DNA from: an uncultured bacterium
GTDB lineage: Bacteria; Patescibacteriota; Minisyncoccia; Phycocordibacterales; JAACPR01
Assembly: GCA_937858275.1 (NCBI GenBank)
Contig: CALLZK010000006.1
Location: 13,389 to 77,388, forward strand
DNA length: 64,000 bases
Direction: 5' to 3'
Below, piece after piece: positions 38,678 through 48,796 of this stretch. Under the pieces are notes generated by a model. It had not been told where the DNA came from. It saw only the letters and a list, made by a program, of their open reading frames with translations, and did not search any database. Position 1 is the first letter of the stretch; every line of letters starts with the position of its first letter. A program made the position numbers and the translations under genes.

Positions 38678-39586
38678 TTAATTTTTGTTTATTTTATCAG
38701 ATACATCATGTCCACCAAATTCACCCCTCATAGCCGAAACAACTTTTCCGGTATAGCTTGGATTATTTTTTGATTTTTCTCTAAACTTTAATGACTCTTC
38801 TATAATCTTGACCGAAACACCCATTTTTTTTGCAGCCAAAACAGTCCAGAGCCCTTCGCCCGAATGAGAAACTTCACCAGAAATATTTTTCAAATCAATT
38901 TTGTGTTTTTTGTAAGCATTAGATAACCAACCAATCAACTTTGATTCAACAACTGATCCGTGATTATAAAGACTGGCTATTTTTAATAAATCCAATTCAA
39001 ACTCAGAATTTTTCATCAAATTAAATCCCTCGGCAATAGATTGCATCATTCCATATTCTATACCATTGTGAACCATTTTTACAAAATGACCAGAACCGTT
39101 TTTTCCAAAATGACAATAACCTGAAGGAACCGATAAGTCTTTAAATAATCTTTCATATTTTTTATAAACTTTTTTCTCACCACCAATCATAAGACATGCA
39201 CCGTTTAATGCTCCACCCGGACCACCCGAAACTCCAATGTCCAAAAAGTTAATCTTTTTTTCTGATAGCATTTTTGCCCTCCTGACAGATTCATAATAAG
39301 GAGAATTTCCACCATCAATAATTGTATCTCCGGCTTCAGCAAATTTTAAAATTTCTTCCAAAACCGAATCGACCGATTTCCACGGAACCATCATCCAAAT
39401 AGTTCTTGGTTTTTCTAATTTCAAAACAAGTTCCGAAATAGAATTTGCTGGTATAGCACCTTTTTTTTGGGCTTTTTTGACGGAGGGATTTGAGCGATTA
39501 TAAACCACAACAGTATGCTTGTGTTTTAGCATTCTGCTGACCATATTAAAACCCATTTTACCTAATCCAATATATCCTATTTTCAT
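38678..39586 (-). CDS. gnd: 6-phosphogluconate dehydrogenase (decarboxylating), short form
   Basis: MKIGYIGLGKMGFNM NAD(P)-binding N-terminus and GVSGGPGGALNGACLM signature. Confidence 0.8.
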   Translation of the reverse strand: MKIGYIGLGKMGFNMVSRMLKHKHTVVVYNRSNPSVKKAQKKGAIPANSISELVLKLEKPRTIWMMVPWKSVDSVLEEILKFAEAGDTIIDGGNSPYYESVRRAKMLSEKKINFLDIGVSGGPGGALNGACLMIGGEKKVYKKYERLFKDLSVPSGYCHFGKNGSGHFVKMVHNGIEYGMMQSIAEGFNLMKNSEFELDLLKIASLYNHGSVVESKLIGWLSNAYKKHKIDLKNISGEVSHSGEGLWTVLAAKKMGVSVKIIEESLKFREKSKNNPSYTGKVVSAMRGEFGGHDVSDKINKN

Positions 39587-39593
39587 ATTTTAT

Positions 39594-40991
39594 TTAATTT
39601 AAATTATCAATAATTTTTTTTGAATCTGTATTTTTTTCATAAATAACCATTGGCAACATTTTCCATTTTACCAAAATTTCTCCAATTATTCTCCACTGAA
39701 CTTCAATTTCTTTTGAGCTTGGAAAAAGTGTGTGATTATTTTGTATGGCATCAAATAAAATCTTTTCATAATCACTGTATTGATAACCATTTTGAAAATC
39801 ATAATCAAAACTCAATTCTTTTTGCTCTAATTCAAAATCAACATCTGGTTTTTTTGTCCAAAAACCAATTGATATTTGGGGTTTTGGTTTTATTTTAAAA
39901 CTTAAAATATTATTATAGGAACAAATATCTCCTATTGGGCAAACAAAGCTTTCCTTTTCCTTAAAAAATATTTTGATTTCTACAAGATCTTCTGATAACC
40001 CTTTTCCGCTTTCTACAAAAATTGGAATATTTTTCCATTTTTCGTCAGATATAGAAAATTTTAATCTAAAAAAAGTTTCGGTTTCTGAAAGCTGATCAGA
40101 ATCTGTTTTGTATGTTGCCCTAAATGCGGTTTTGGAAATATCATCTGAAAATAATTTGATTTTTGAGAGAGCATTAACTCTTGCTTCTTTGATTTTTTTT
40201 AAATCTTTGGATTTTGGATCTTCCATAATTATCGATGCAATCATTTGTAAAATATGATTTTGGCCAACATCTTTTAGTGCCCCAATTTGACTATAGAAAT
40301 TTTCTCTATGAGAAGCATCATTTTTTTCATTCAAAAATATTTGAACTTTTTCAATGTGTTTGTTGTTCCAAAGTGGTTCAAATATTGAATTAGCAAATCT
40401 AAAAGTTAAAATATTTTGGATAACATCCTTGGCTAAATAATGATCTATTATAAAAATTTGATCTTCTTGAAAAAAATCATTCAAGATCTTCTCTAATTTT
40501 TGAGATTCCGCAAAATCTTTACCGAAAGGTTTTTCCACTAAAATTTTTGACCAATAATCTGTATTATTTTTTTTGATTAAATTTGATTTTGCTAAATTTT
40601 CAAATATTATTTGATACATGCCCGGAGGTAAAGCCAAATAAAATATTTTATTTGAAAATTCACCATCAACATTTTCTTTCAAATAATCAGACAAATCATC
40701 ATATGTTTCTGGATTTGAAACATCGCCCTGTTTGTATCTTAATAATTTCAAAAAATCATTGAGTTTTTGTAAATCTTCGTCTGAAAGATTTTCTTTTGAT
40801 ATGCTTTTTTTAACAAATTCTCGATAATTTGTATCAGAAAGATCTTTTCTGGAAAAACCCACCAACTCAAAGTTGGTTGGTAATTTGGCTTTTTTGTATA
40901 AATAAAATAGTGCTGGTAAAAGTTTTTGATTGGCCAAATCTCCAGTTGCACCAAATATTATAAAAGTTAGTTTTTTATTTTGATCTAACAT
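39594..40991 (-). CDS. zwf: Glucose-6-phosphate 1-dehydrogenase
   Basis: IFGATGDLANQKLLPALF and IDHYLAKD (RIDHYLGKE-type active site). Confidence 0.85.
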   Translation of the reverse strand: MLDQNKKLTFIIFGATGDLANQKLLPALFYLYKKAKLPTNFELVGFSRKDLSDTNYREFVKKSISKENLSDEDLQKLNDFLKLLRYKQGDVSNPETYDDLSDYLKENVDGEFSNKIFYLALPPGMYQIIFENLAKSNLIKKNNTDYWSKILVEKPFGKDFAESQKLEKILNDFFQEDQIFIIDHYLAKDVIQNILTFRFANSIFEPLWNNKHIEKVQIFLNEKNDASHRENFYSQIGALKDVGQNHILQMIASIIMEDPKSKDLKKIKEARVNALSKIKLFSDDISKTAFRATYKTDSDQLSETETFFRLKFSISDEKWKNIPIFVESGKGLSEDLVEIKIFFKEKESFVCPIGDICSYNNILSFKIKPKPQISIGFWTKKPDVDFELEQKELSFDYDFQNGYQYSDYEKILFDAIQNNHTLFPSSKEIEVQWRIIGEILVKWKMLPMVIYEKNTDSKKIIDNLN

Positions 40992-40993
40992 AA

Positions 40994-41575
40994 TTATCTC
41001 AATTTTCTTGTATAATCTCTTATCAAAATTTCTCTTTTTGTCATTTCTTGTTCTATTTCTTTAATTTGTTTTTCAAGCTCTGATATATTCTTTTCAGTTT
41101 TTTCTTCAAAATCACCGTCTCTTCTTACAACATTTTTTAGAGTTGATAATTTATTTTGCAATTCCGTTCTTTGAATTTCAAGATGGCGAATTGTATATTC
41201 AAATTCAGTTTTTAATTGTTGAATTTCTTTTTCTAATCTTTGCAATGTCTTGGTAGTCTGATGTATTTCATCATCAGATTCATCTAATCTGTGTTGTGAT
41301 TTTCCAAAATCTCTTTGTTCTTGTGACAATTCCTGTCTTAATTTTGATAAAATTCTTTTTTGTTCTTCCTGTTTTCTGGATAAAATTAAAATATTATCTT
41401 GTGCATCTTTTTTCTCTTTTGCTTTTCTTTGTTCTTCTGTTTTTTTTCTCTCGTCTTCAAATCTTTTTTTCTTCTCTAATTCAGCTCTATTTCCATCTCT
41501 AAAATTAGAACCTTGATTACTAGAATTTCTTAAATTTGTATTTAACATAATGTTTTTATTATAACATATCCACAA
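40994..41575 (-). CDS. Charged coiled-coil protein (K/E/R/Q-rich)
   Basis: Composition and heptad-like pattern only. Confidence 0.35.
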   Translation of the reverse strand: MWICYNKNIMLNTNLRNSSNQGSNFRDGNRAELEKKKRFEDERKKTEEQRKAKEKKDAQDNILILSRKQEEQKRILSKLRQELSQEQRDFGKSQHRLDESDDEIHQTTKTLQRLEKEIQQLKTEFEYTIRHLEIQRTELQNKLSTLKNVVRRDGDFEEKTEKNISELEKQIKEIEQEMTKREILIRDYTRKLR

Positions 41576-42323
41576 AATCAGACTCTAGTAATTTTCTGAA
41601 CTTGTAATTTGCACAATGTTCACAATATTGGCCAGGTTCTGGAATATTTTCAGACTCCAAAACTTCTTTGATTTTTACAATGGTTGGATCAACCCACACA
41701 GGATCTCCCACATAATCCAAAATAGTTAATTCAAATTCTAATTTGTTTGAAAAATCTAGACGATCTTTTGTGGCATTTGCATAAACAAAATATCCAATTT
41801 CTGAGACATTAAAACCTTTTTTTCTCAAAAGCCATTGATAAACTTCCATTTGTCTTTTGTATGAATCTTTCCAACGATCATCTAATGTTATTTCTTCATC
41901 TTTGCTTGTTGATTTGTAGTCAACAATGTGCAATTCTTTATTTTTATTTATCCAAATATCATCAATTGCACCAGAGATAGTTATATTCAAATCTTCATCA
42001 AAATACTGAACACCAACAAAATTCTCTCTCCACTGATCAATATCTTTGTGCATAAAAGGAACAGCATCTATTTTGTATTCTTCCATTAAAGGATGTGGTT
42101 TTTGTTCTTCTCTGTATTTGTCAAATTCTTTTTTTAACAAAGCATCAACCGCACTATTTAGATTAAATGGCGGAGTTGAGGGTCTTTTTATACCCAATTT
42201 GTTGTCTAAATAAAAACATCTTGGACATTCCATAAATAAATCTATTTTTGATCGACTCAGTTTCCAATTTGATCCACCGTAATTCCAGTTGGCACCTCTT
42301 TTTTTGTATTCACTTTTTTCCAT
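41559..42323 (-). CDS. PD-(D/E)XK nuclease superfamily protein, Cas4/RecB-like with a 2+2 Cys cluster
   Basis: N-terminal CPRC, core GAIDDIW and IVDYKS (D...ExK), C-terminal CEHC. Confidence 0.5.
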   Translation of the reverse strand: MEKSEYKKRGANWNYGGSNWKLSRSKIDLFMECPRCFYLDNKLGIKRPSTPPFNLNSAVDALLKKEFDKYREEQKPHPLMEEYKIDAVPFMHKDIDQWRENFVGVQYFDEDLNITISGAIDDIWINKNKELHIVDYKSTSKDEEITLDDRWKDSYKRQMEVYQWLLRKKGFNVSEIGYFVYANATKDRLDFSNKLEFELTILDYVGDPVWVDPTIVKIKEVLESENIPEPGQYCEHCANYKFRKLLESDFVDML

Positions 42324-42344
42324 AATTATTAATAATAGCAGTTA

Positions 42345-42839
42345 TTACCAATCATGACTAATTTGAAAATTTTGATCTTGATAATAAGAAATTATCTCAA
42401 AAATTCGGTTTTTTGTGGCAACAGAAATACTTGTTGGCAAATCTTTTATATCAAACCATTTTGATTCTAAAATTTCTATTTTATCTAAAATACTTTGTTT
42501 TTTATTATCAAGAAATTTCCATTTTTTTGCCACAAATAAAATCACTGTATCATTTTTGCCACCTGTTGTATTTTTGTATTCTGAAAATTTAATTAATGGT
42601 TTTTTTATTTCAATCAAAACTTCTTCTTGTATTTCACGAATTGCAGATTCTTCTATCAAATTTTGATTTTTTAATTCTTTATTTTTGATTCCACCACCAG
42701 GAAAAACCCAAAAATCGTTATATCGATGCCTTACTAACAATATCTTATTTTGATCAAAAATAGCAACACGAACACCAAAAGTTTTTCTTTTGAGAATTTT
42801 ATAAATTAAAAATTTTCTTAACCAATGTAAAAACTGCAT
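42345..42839 (-). CDS. NUDIX hydrolase
   Basis: GGGIKNKE...ESAIREIQEEV Nudix-box-like segment. Confidence 0.5.
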   Translation of the reverse strand: MQFLHWLRKFLIYKILKRKTFGVRVAIFDQNKILLVRHRYNDFWVFPGGGIKNKELKNQNLIEESAIREIQEEVLIEIKKPLIKFSEYKNTTGGKNDTVILFVAKKWKFLDNKKQSILDKIEILESKWFDIKDLPTSISVATKNRIFEIISYYQDQNFQISHDW

Positions 42840-42853
42840 TATATTTTAAAAAA

Positions 42854-44332
42854 TCACAAATCATTAACAAATTTTTTGAATTTTGTTCCCCTATCTTCAA
42901 AATTTTTGAAAAAGTTTTTGCTATAAGAGCCAGGCGACAAAAGTACAAATTCTCCCTTTTTAGAATTTTTGGCAGCAAATTTTACGGCATCTGATAAATT
43001 TGGAATTTCAACAAAATCAACATTAGATTTTTTGGCTAATTTTTTTAGTTTATTATCTATATTTCCAGCAATTATGATTAATTTTTTTAATTTTTCAGAA
43101 AAAATTTCTGACAAAAAATCAAAAGACATGTCTTTGTCATCTCCACCAGCAATCAAATAAGTATTTTTTTCACCAGGAATAAATTCTAATGCAGCTCTTA
43201 TAGAATCTGGACTGGTTGATTTTGAGTCATTTATATATGTAACACCATTTTTTATGGCAAATTTTTCAATTCTATGTTCCAGACCTACAAAATTTCTAAT
43301 GGTTTTGATAATTTTTTGATTTATTGATAATCCGGCTAGTTTTATGGATAATAAAACAAAAGCGATATTATATAAGTTATGAACCCCTTGCAATTTTCTA
43401 TTTTCAGTCTTGTCAAAAAGTATTTCTGTTTCTGCGAAATTACAAGTTGTATCAAAATCTATATTTTGTTTTTTGGGATTTATTTGGGCATAAATCAGAT
43501 CTCCGGAATTATTTGTATATATACCAGAAAACACTGCTTGATCAACCGGCATTTCAAAAGATATTCCATATAAATGATCGCAATTTATTTTTGGTAAAAT
43601 GTATTTCTGACTTCCGGGATCGTCCAAACAAATAATAGATTTGGTCTTTTTTTTATCAATTCCTCTCATCTTTGCAAATGCATATTCTTGCATACTGCCA
43701 TTATATCTATCTAAATGATTAGAGCTTAGATTGGTTATGGAACAAATATCTAAAAAATCTTCTGGTTTGAATAAATCAAGTTGATTACTGGATATTTCCA
43801 AAACAGCTATGGTGTTTTTGGGGTATTTTATATCAAGCAAATCAAGTGGTGAATTACCAATATTACCACCCAAAATTGTTGGTGTGACTTTTTTGAGACA
43901 ATCATACAAAAGTGAAGCTGTTGTAGTTTTACCATTTGAACCTGTAATACCAATAACTTTGCCAATTTTTCTCCATTTTTGCATAAACAAAGTTAAGTCA
44001 TTATGAACTGGTATATGGGCTTTTAAAGCTTTTTTTATAGGAGGAATTTCTAAAGAAGCACCAGGGCTTGTGACTACGAAAGAAAATTCTTTTGGATCAA
44101 AATCAACTTTTTCAAAATGAAAAATTACATCTTTATTTTTGTTTATTTCATTTTGATCAAAATCTTCTTTTCTTTTTGATTCAAAAAGATGAATTTCATA
44201 ATTTTCTTTTTTTAGAAAATTTATGACAGCTTTGCCGGTAACACCAAAACCAACTACGGCAACTTTTGGTAATTTGTTTCGATTATTTTGGCTTTTAATT
44301 TTAATATTTTTGATTTTTTTCTGACTTTTCAC
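42854..44332 (-). CDS. murD: UDP-N-acetylmuramoyl-L-alanine--D-glutamate ligase
   Basis: VAVVGFGVTGKA N-terminus and GITGSNGKTTT Mur ligase P-loop. Confidence 0.8.
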   Translation of the reverse strand: MKSQKKIKNIKIKSQNNRNKLPKVAVVGFGVTGKAVINFLKKENYEIHLFESKRKEDFDQNEINKNKDVIFHFEKVDFDPKEFSFVVTSPGASLEIPPIKKALKAHIPVHNDLTLFMQKWRKIGKVIGITGSNGKTTTASLLYDCLKKVTPTILGGNIGNSPLDLLDIKYPKNTIAVLEISSNQLDLFKPEDFLDICSITNLSSNHLDRYNGSMQEYAFAKMRGIDKKKTKSIICLDDPGSQKYILPKINCDHLYGISFEMPVDQAVFSGIYTNNSGDLIYAQINPKKQNIDFDTTCNFAETEILFDKTENRKLQGVHNLYNIAFVLLSIKLAGLSINQKIIKTIRNFVGLEHRIEKFAIKNGVTYINDSKSTSPDSIRAALEFIPGEKNTYLIAGGDDKDMSFDFLSEIFSEKLKKLIIIAGNIDNKLKKLAKKSNVDFVEIPNLSDAVKFAAKNSKKGEFVLLSPGSYSKNFFKNFEDRGTKFKKFVNDL

Positions 44333-44348
44333 AATTTTAAATTATACA

Positions 44349-45722
44349 CTAATTAATTGATTTAATAAATTGATTTTTTATTTCATATATATTGCCAGTT
44401 CCAATAGTTGTAATAACTGATCTACCATAATATTTTGATTTTAAATATTGAATTATTTCTGGAAAACTATTTATTATTTTGACCGGTTTTTGAGAGTGTT
44501 TTGAGATTGATTGTGCAATATCAAAAGAATTTACACTCTTGATATCTTCTTGTGTATCGCCAAGATTGGGCAAAATATCAGTTAAAATTATTTCGTCAGC
44601 TTTTTTGAATGCTTGTCCGTATTCGGTTAAAAAATTTTTCATTAAATTATATTGTCTTGGTTGAAAAATGGCACAAGTTTTTTCATTTGGAAAAAATTGT
44701 CTAATACCATCAAATAAATTTTTTACCTGGGTTGGATGATGGGCAAAATCATCTATAAAAATTTGGCCCGATTTCAGATAGCTAATTTCAAATCTGCGAC
44801 CAACACCACTAAAATGTCTGGCGGTTTCTATAACACCGTCCATTTTAAGACCAAGTCTTTCTAGCAAAACAGCTGTAGCGGTAAAATTTAAAATATTATA
44901 TAAACCAGGAATTTTTATGTTTAAATTATTGATAATTTTGTGACCATTTTTGTAAATTGAAAAATTTGAACCGTTTAAAGTCTTTAATACATCAGAAATA
45001 ACATAATCATTTCTTTGATCAAATCCAAAATAAACAACTCTGCAACGACTATGTGCGGTTAATTTTCTAATATTTGAATCATCTCCATTTGCAATAATTA
45101 AAGAATTTTCATTGTGCAAATTTATATAATGTGCAAAAGAGTCTAGCATTTCTGATTCGTCCTTGTAATATTCCAGATGACTTTTTTCTATGGAAGTTAT
45201 GATGGTAATATTTCCAACCAGATGAAAAAACGATCTATCATATTCGCAAGATTCTATAACAGTGTATTTGCTTTTTCCAAGATGATTATATCCATCAAGC
45301 TCTCTTGTGGGTGCCCCACCAAAAATTGTAGCATCAATATTGGAGTTTATCATTGATAATCCAACAAGGGCTGTAGTTGTGCTTTTGCCGTGACTACCAC
45401 AAACAGAAATTCTAAAATCATTTTTTGTTAATTGACCCAAAAATTCTGCTCTTTTGATTATTTTTATACCAAGTTTTTTGGCTTTTACAATTTCTGGACA
45501 ATCTTCTTTTATGATTGCAGAATAAACTACCAAATCAATATTTTTGTTAATATTTGATTCTTTGTGTTCATAAAAAATAACCGCACCCATTTCTGACAAA
45601 GCAACAGTTTCTGGTTTTATGTCCTTGTCAACACCAAAAACATTGAAACCTTTTTCTAAACAAATTTTTGCAATGCCATTTAGGCCTTTGCCACCAATAC
45701 CCACAAAAAATATATTTTTCAT
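44349..45722 (-). CDS. murC: UDP-N-acetylmuramate--L-alanine ligase
   Basis: IFFVGIGGKGLNGIA and GSHGKSTTTAL. Confidence 0.85.
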   Translation of the reverse strand: MKNIFFVGIGGKGLNGIAKICLEKGFNVFGVDKDIKPETVALSEMGAVIFYEHKESNINKNIDLVVYSAIIKEDCPEIVKAKKLGIKIIKRAEFLGQLTKNDFRISVCGSHGKSTTTALVGLSMINSNIDATIFGGAPTRELDGYNHLGKSKYTVIESCEYDRSFFHLVGNITIITSIEKSHLEYYKDESEMLDSFAHYINLHNENSLIIANGDDSNIRKLTAHSRCRVVYFGFDQRNDYVISDVLKTLNGSNFSIYKNGHKIINNLNIKIPGLYNILNFTATAVLLERLGLKMDGVIETARHFSGVGRRFEISYLKSGQIFIDDFAHHPTQVKNLFDGIRQFFPNEKTCAIFQPRQYNLMKNFLTEYGQAFKKADEIILTDILPNLGDTQEDIKSVNSFDIAQSISKHSQKPVKIINSFPEIIQYLKSKYYGRSVITTIGTGNIYEIKNQFIKSIN

Positions 45723-45780
45723 AATGTAAAATAATTACACTACGATAATCAAAAAATATTTAAATAAGTTTAAATTAAAA

Positions 45781-46785
45781 TTAAATTCTCTCAAGCATGT
45801 AATTCCAAATTTCTGGATGTCCATTTTTCTTTAGATAATACCACCACTCAATTCCCCACAAATATATTTCATCAAAATTAGTTTTTGCTGATTTTTGTAA
45901 TATTTCTTCAATTCTATCAATATTCATAAATTCGAGTTGAACATCTATTGGTGTTTTTATAATTGGTTCCACAAGCCACGGCTCAACAGAAACCTCTATC
46001 AACCAAGTTGGTTTTTTGCCATAAAAAATTTGAGATATTAATCTTTTTGCTTTATAAAAATTGTGATTGACTCCAGATTTTATTTCACCCACCTTATCAT
46101 TTGTTAAGTAAATATAAAATGTTGAACCAAATATGTCACCTCGTTTGTATGCCCCAAGCCAAAGACCAAGATTTCCGCTATCTGTAGTTATTATTTGACG
46201 AGTTGGATCAAGCATTTTTACCAAAGCAATTTCTTTATCCAAAAAAGTTTTGTCTAATTCGCTGCCGCAAATTTGTGGAACATAAGCAGTCAAAAATGGT
46301 TCGTTTTCTACTTGCCAATATTTTATGGCTGGAGAATCTTTGTATCTATTGACCAATTCTCTTATGTAATCTATTAATTCATCTTGTTGTTTTTCCCAAG
46401 ATTTTCCATAAATCCATTGTGGAAAATGACATTCTGGCCATCTGGGAACTCGGCGACCAATTGCCAAAACTATTTCTAAATCATATTTTTCTGCCATAGC
46501 AATTTGCCAATCTAGATCACTAAAATCATATTTGTTTTGCTCTCTTTCTATTTCGTCCCAATAAGCAACAAGTCTAACCTTTTTGAAATCAAATTCTGAA
46601 ATAATTGCTTGAAATGCTTCGACAGGATCAAGGCCAAGCTCTCTGGTATATTTTGAACTAAAAGTTATGCCGTATTCGTATTGTGAAGGTTTTGAGGGCC
46701 AATTTGCCAAAATTAAAATAATAACAATTAAAATAACAAAAACGATAAAGACTTTTTTTCTAATAATTCTTTTTAAAAAATTCAT
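45781..46785 (-). CDS. Membrane-anchored TIM-barrel glycoside-hydrolase-like protein (clan GH-A NEP motif)
   Basis: N-terminal TM, YWQVENEPF catalytic acid/base-type motif. Confidence 0.4.
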   Translation of the reverse strand: MNFLKRIIRKKVFIVFVILIVIILILANWPSKPSQYEYGITFSSKYTRELGLDPVEAFQAIISEFDFKKVRLVAYWDEIEREQNKYDFSDLDWQIAMAEKYDLEIVLAIGRRVPRWPECHFPQWIYGKSWEKQQDELIDYIRELVNRYKDSPAIKYWQVENEPFLTAYVPQICGSELDKTFLDKEIALVKMLDPTRQIITTDSGNLGLWLGAYKRGDIFGSTFYIYLTNDKVGEIKSGVNHNFYKAKRLISQIFYGKKPTWLIEVSVEPWLVEPIIKTPIDVQLEFMNIDRIEEILQKSAKTNFDEIYLWGIEWWYYLKKNGHPEIWNYMLERI

Positions 46786-46807
46786 ATTTGTGTTTTATTA
46801 TAACAAA

Positions 46808-47767
46808 TTATCCAAGAAACAGTAAAAGAAATCCAGATACTATAAGAATTACGGAAACTGATTTTTGCCACAAATCGGAAGTTTTGTTGTTTTCGCCAAT
46901 GTCTTTTGTCAAAACTCTACCAAACAAAATTGAGAAAATTGTTAGGAATAAAAATCTAAGTCCACCAAGGGCTTCGATTAGTGAGGGGTCGCCAATTTGA
47001 ATAGCTTTTAAAATCATGAAAGCCGCGATTCCGCCAATAATGGAATTTCCCACAACCCACAAACCACCTGATTTTTTTGTGGTTTTGGTATTTTCGGTAA
47101 TTTTTTGGAGATATTTTGGAACCAGCAAAATAATTATTACAACAATTAAAATACCAATTCGAGACCAGAAAAATGCATGGTCAAATGCCTGATCTAGTAA
47201 AAGTGTTTTTTCTGAATATGTAAACATGGCTTTTACCATTGTTGTTTTTATGGCAAATAAAAGTCCAGAATTGAGAGTGAGCATTGTGACTTCTTTGTTG
47301 AATCTAAAATGAGAAATAAAAATAGTTCCGATTACCAACAAGATGAATCCGTAAAAAAAGTTTGGTGGTAAAAATTGTCCTGTGACTATTGTGTTTAAAA
47401 TCAAGGTACCAACCGCACTAACAGAACCGACAACCGGCACAACATCAGAAGCATCAGCTTTTTGCAAAGCTGAATACAATGACATCAAAGCATAAAAACC
47501 AGCAAAAGCAGATCCGATAGACATGGCCAAAAGCCCAAAATCTGGTCTAAAAATATTTTCTATTAGAGGCAAGTTATAATTGGCAATTTTTATTTTGAAA
47601 GGACTTAAAACAAAAAGCCCTATTGGTATGAAAGATAAAATTGTCACATAAAAAGCATAAACGAATGGTTTTGAGACTTTTTTTGAGGTGACAATGTATT
47701 TGTCAATTACGGCAGTAACAGCAAGTAAAAATTGAGCTATAAAAATTATAAGTAACCAAGTTGGCAT
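46808..47767 (-). CDS. DMT/EamA-family 10-TM transporter
   Basis: Two-repeat hydrophobic architecture. Confidence 0.5.
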   Translation of the reverse strand: MPTWLLIIFIAQFLLAVTAVIDKYIVTSKKVSKPFVYAFYVTILSFIPIGLFVLSPFKIKIANYNLPLIENIFRPDFGLLAMSIGSAFAGFYALMSLYSALQKADASDVVPVVGSVSAVGTLILNTIVTGQFLPPNFFYGFILLVIGTIFISHFRFNKEVTMLTLNSGLLFAIKTTMVKAMFTYSEKTLLLDQAFDHAFFWSRIGILIVVIIILLVPKYLQKITENTKTTKKSGGLWVVGNSIIGGIAAFMILKAIQIGDPSLIEALGGLRFLFLTIFSILFGRVLTKDIGENNKTSDLWQKSVSVILIVSGFLLLFLG

Positions 47768-47792
47768 ATTTTGATTGTATCATATAAAAAAC

Positions 47793-47826
47793 AAAAATCG
47801 CTGTGGAAAAAGCGATTTTTGATGTT
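47793..47826 (-). terminator. Rho-independent terminator (AAAAATCGCT / AGCGATTTTT), shares a 17-nt arm with the 19732 terminator
   Basis: 10-bp perfect stem plus a T-run on the minus strand after the 47843-48346 gene. Confidence 0.6.
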
Positions 47827-47842
47827 TTTTATAAATTTAAAA

Positions 47843-48346
47843 TTATTCAAAAACAATAGGAATTTCTAAAGCATCATCAAATTCTGGCAATCCGGAAGGA
47901 TTATCTTTTTGTAAAATAAGTGAGCCGTTTTTGGAATATTGTCCAGAAATTTTTGTTGTGTCGAATGTCACGGTGGCCGAAAATGGCACAAAATCTTCGG
48001 TCATCCAATCGTCTTGTGCTGTGGCAAATCCTTCTCCAATTATCAGACCATTCCAATCAACAATAACTATTGGAAAAGATGCTTCAAAAAACCAATAACC
48101 CCTAGCTTTTCCTGTGATTGTGACAGGTGATTTTATGATTTCATTAGCTTTTGGTGAATCTAGGACAATTAAGTCTTTTTTTTGTTCTTGTGCATCAATT
48201 AATTCTTCGCCTGTTTGTTGTTCGTCTTGTTGTGGTGTTTCAACTGATAAATTTGCTTTTTCTGAATTTTGAAAATTTGTAAAAAATAAAATTCCACCCA
48301 ATAAAATTAATAATAAAATAACTAAAATAATTGATATGTTTTTCAT
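47843..48346 (-). CDS. Secreted protein (signal/TM anchor, Gmad2 Ig-like-domain-like)
   Basis: N-terminal hydrophobic segment; weak family resemblance. Confidence 0.35.
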   Translation of the reverse strand: MKNISIILVILLLILLGGILFFTNFQNSEKANLSVETPQQDEQQTGEELIDAQEQKKDLIVLDSPKANEIIKSPVTITGKARGYWFFEASFPIVIVDWNGLIIGEGFATAQDDWMTEDFVPFSATVTFDTTKISGQYSKNGSLILQKDNPSGLPEFDDALEIPIVFE

Positions 48347-48510
48347 ATAAACCGATTATAGCATTTATTATACTTTTTTGTATATATCCTTTCTGTGTTT
48401 TATATCTAAAATCAAAATATTTAAAGATAAAATTTATCTAGAATATTTTTGGGTAATTTATTTAAAGATGATACAGAATTTTTGCTTAATAAAATTCTGT
48501 ACACGATTAT

Positions 48511-48723
48511 CTAAGTTATTTTTTTAATACTCTTTCCTTCTATGGTATATTTAGCAGAAGAAATTTTTGTGTCCAAATAATTTTGATCAAATTCTTTCAT
48601 AAAAGAATCAAGATATTGACCTTCGTCATCTTGTGGAACATTAGAAAAATGTGAACTATCCACACCGTTGTGTTCAATAGTCGCTATAAAATTATTTTTT
48701 TGAATCTTGTTATTTGTATTCAT
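48511..48723 (-). CDS. Small hypothetical protein (70 aa)
   Basis: ORF in an otherwise empty gap; no homology recognised. Confidence 0.2.
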   Translation of the reverse strand: MNTNNKIQKNNFIATIEHNGVDSSHFSNVPQDDEGQYLDSFMKEFDQNYLDTKISSAKYTIEGKSIKKIT

Positions 48724-48796
48724 ATATTAAGATGATACAGATTAAATAAAATAAATCAAGAATTATATTTATAAATAATTTAAAAAAAATTTAGAC

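Noticed and set aside
41559-42323. CRISPR-associated Cas4 proper
   Set aside because: There are no cas genes or array nearby, and the Cys pattern differs from canonical Cas4, so it is called a generic PD-(D/E)XK nuclease.
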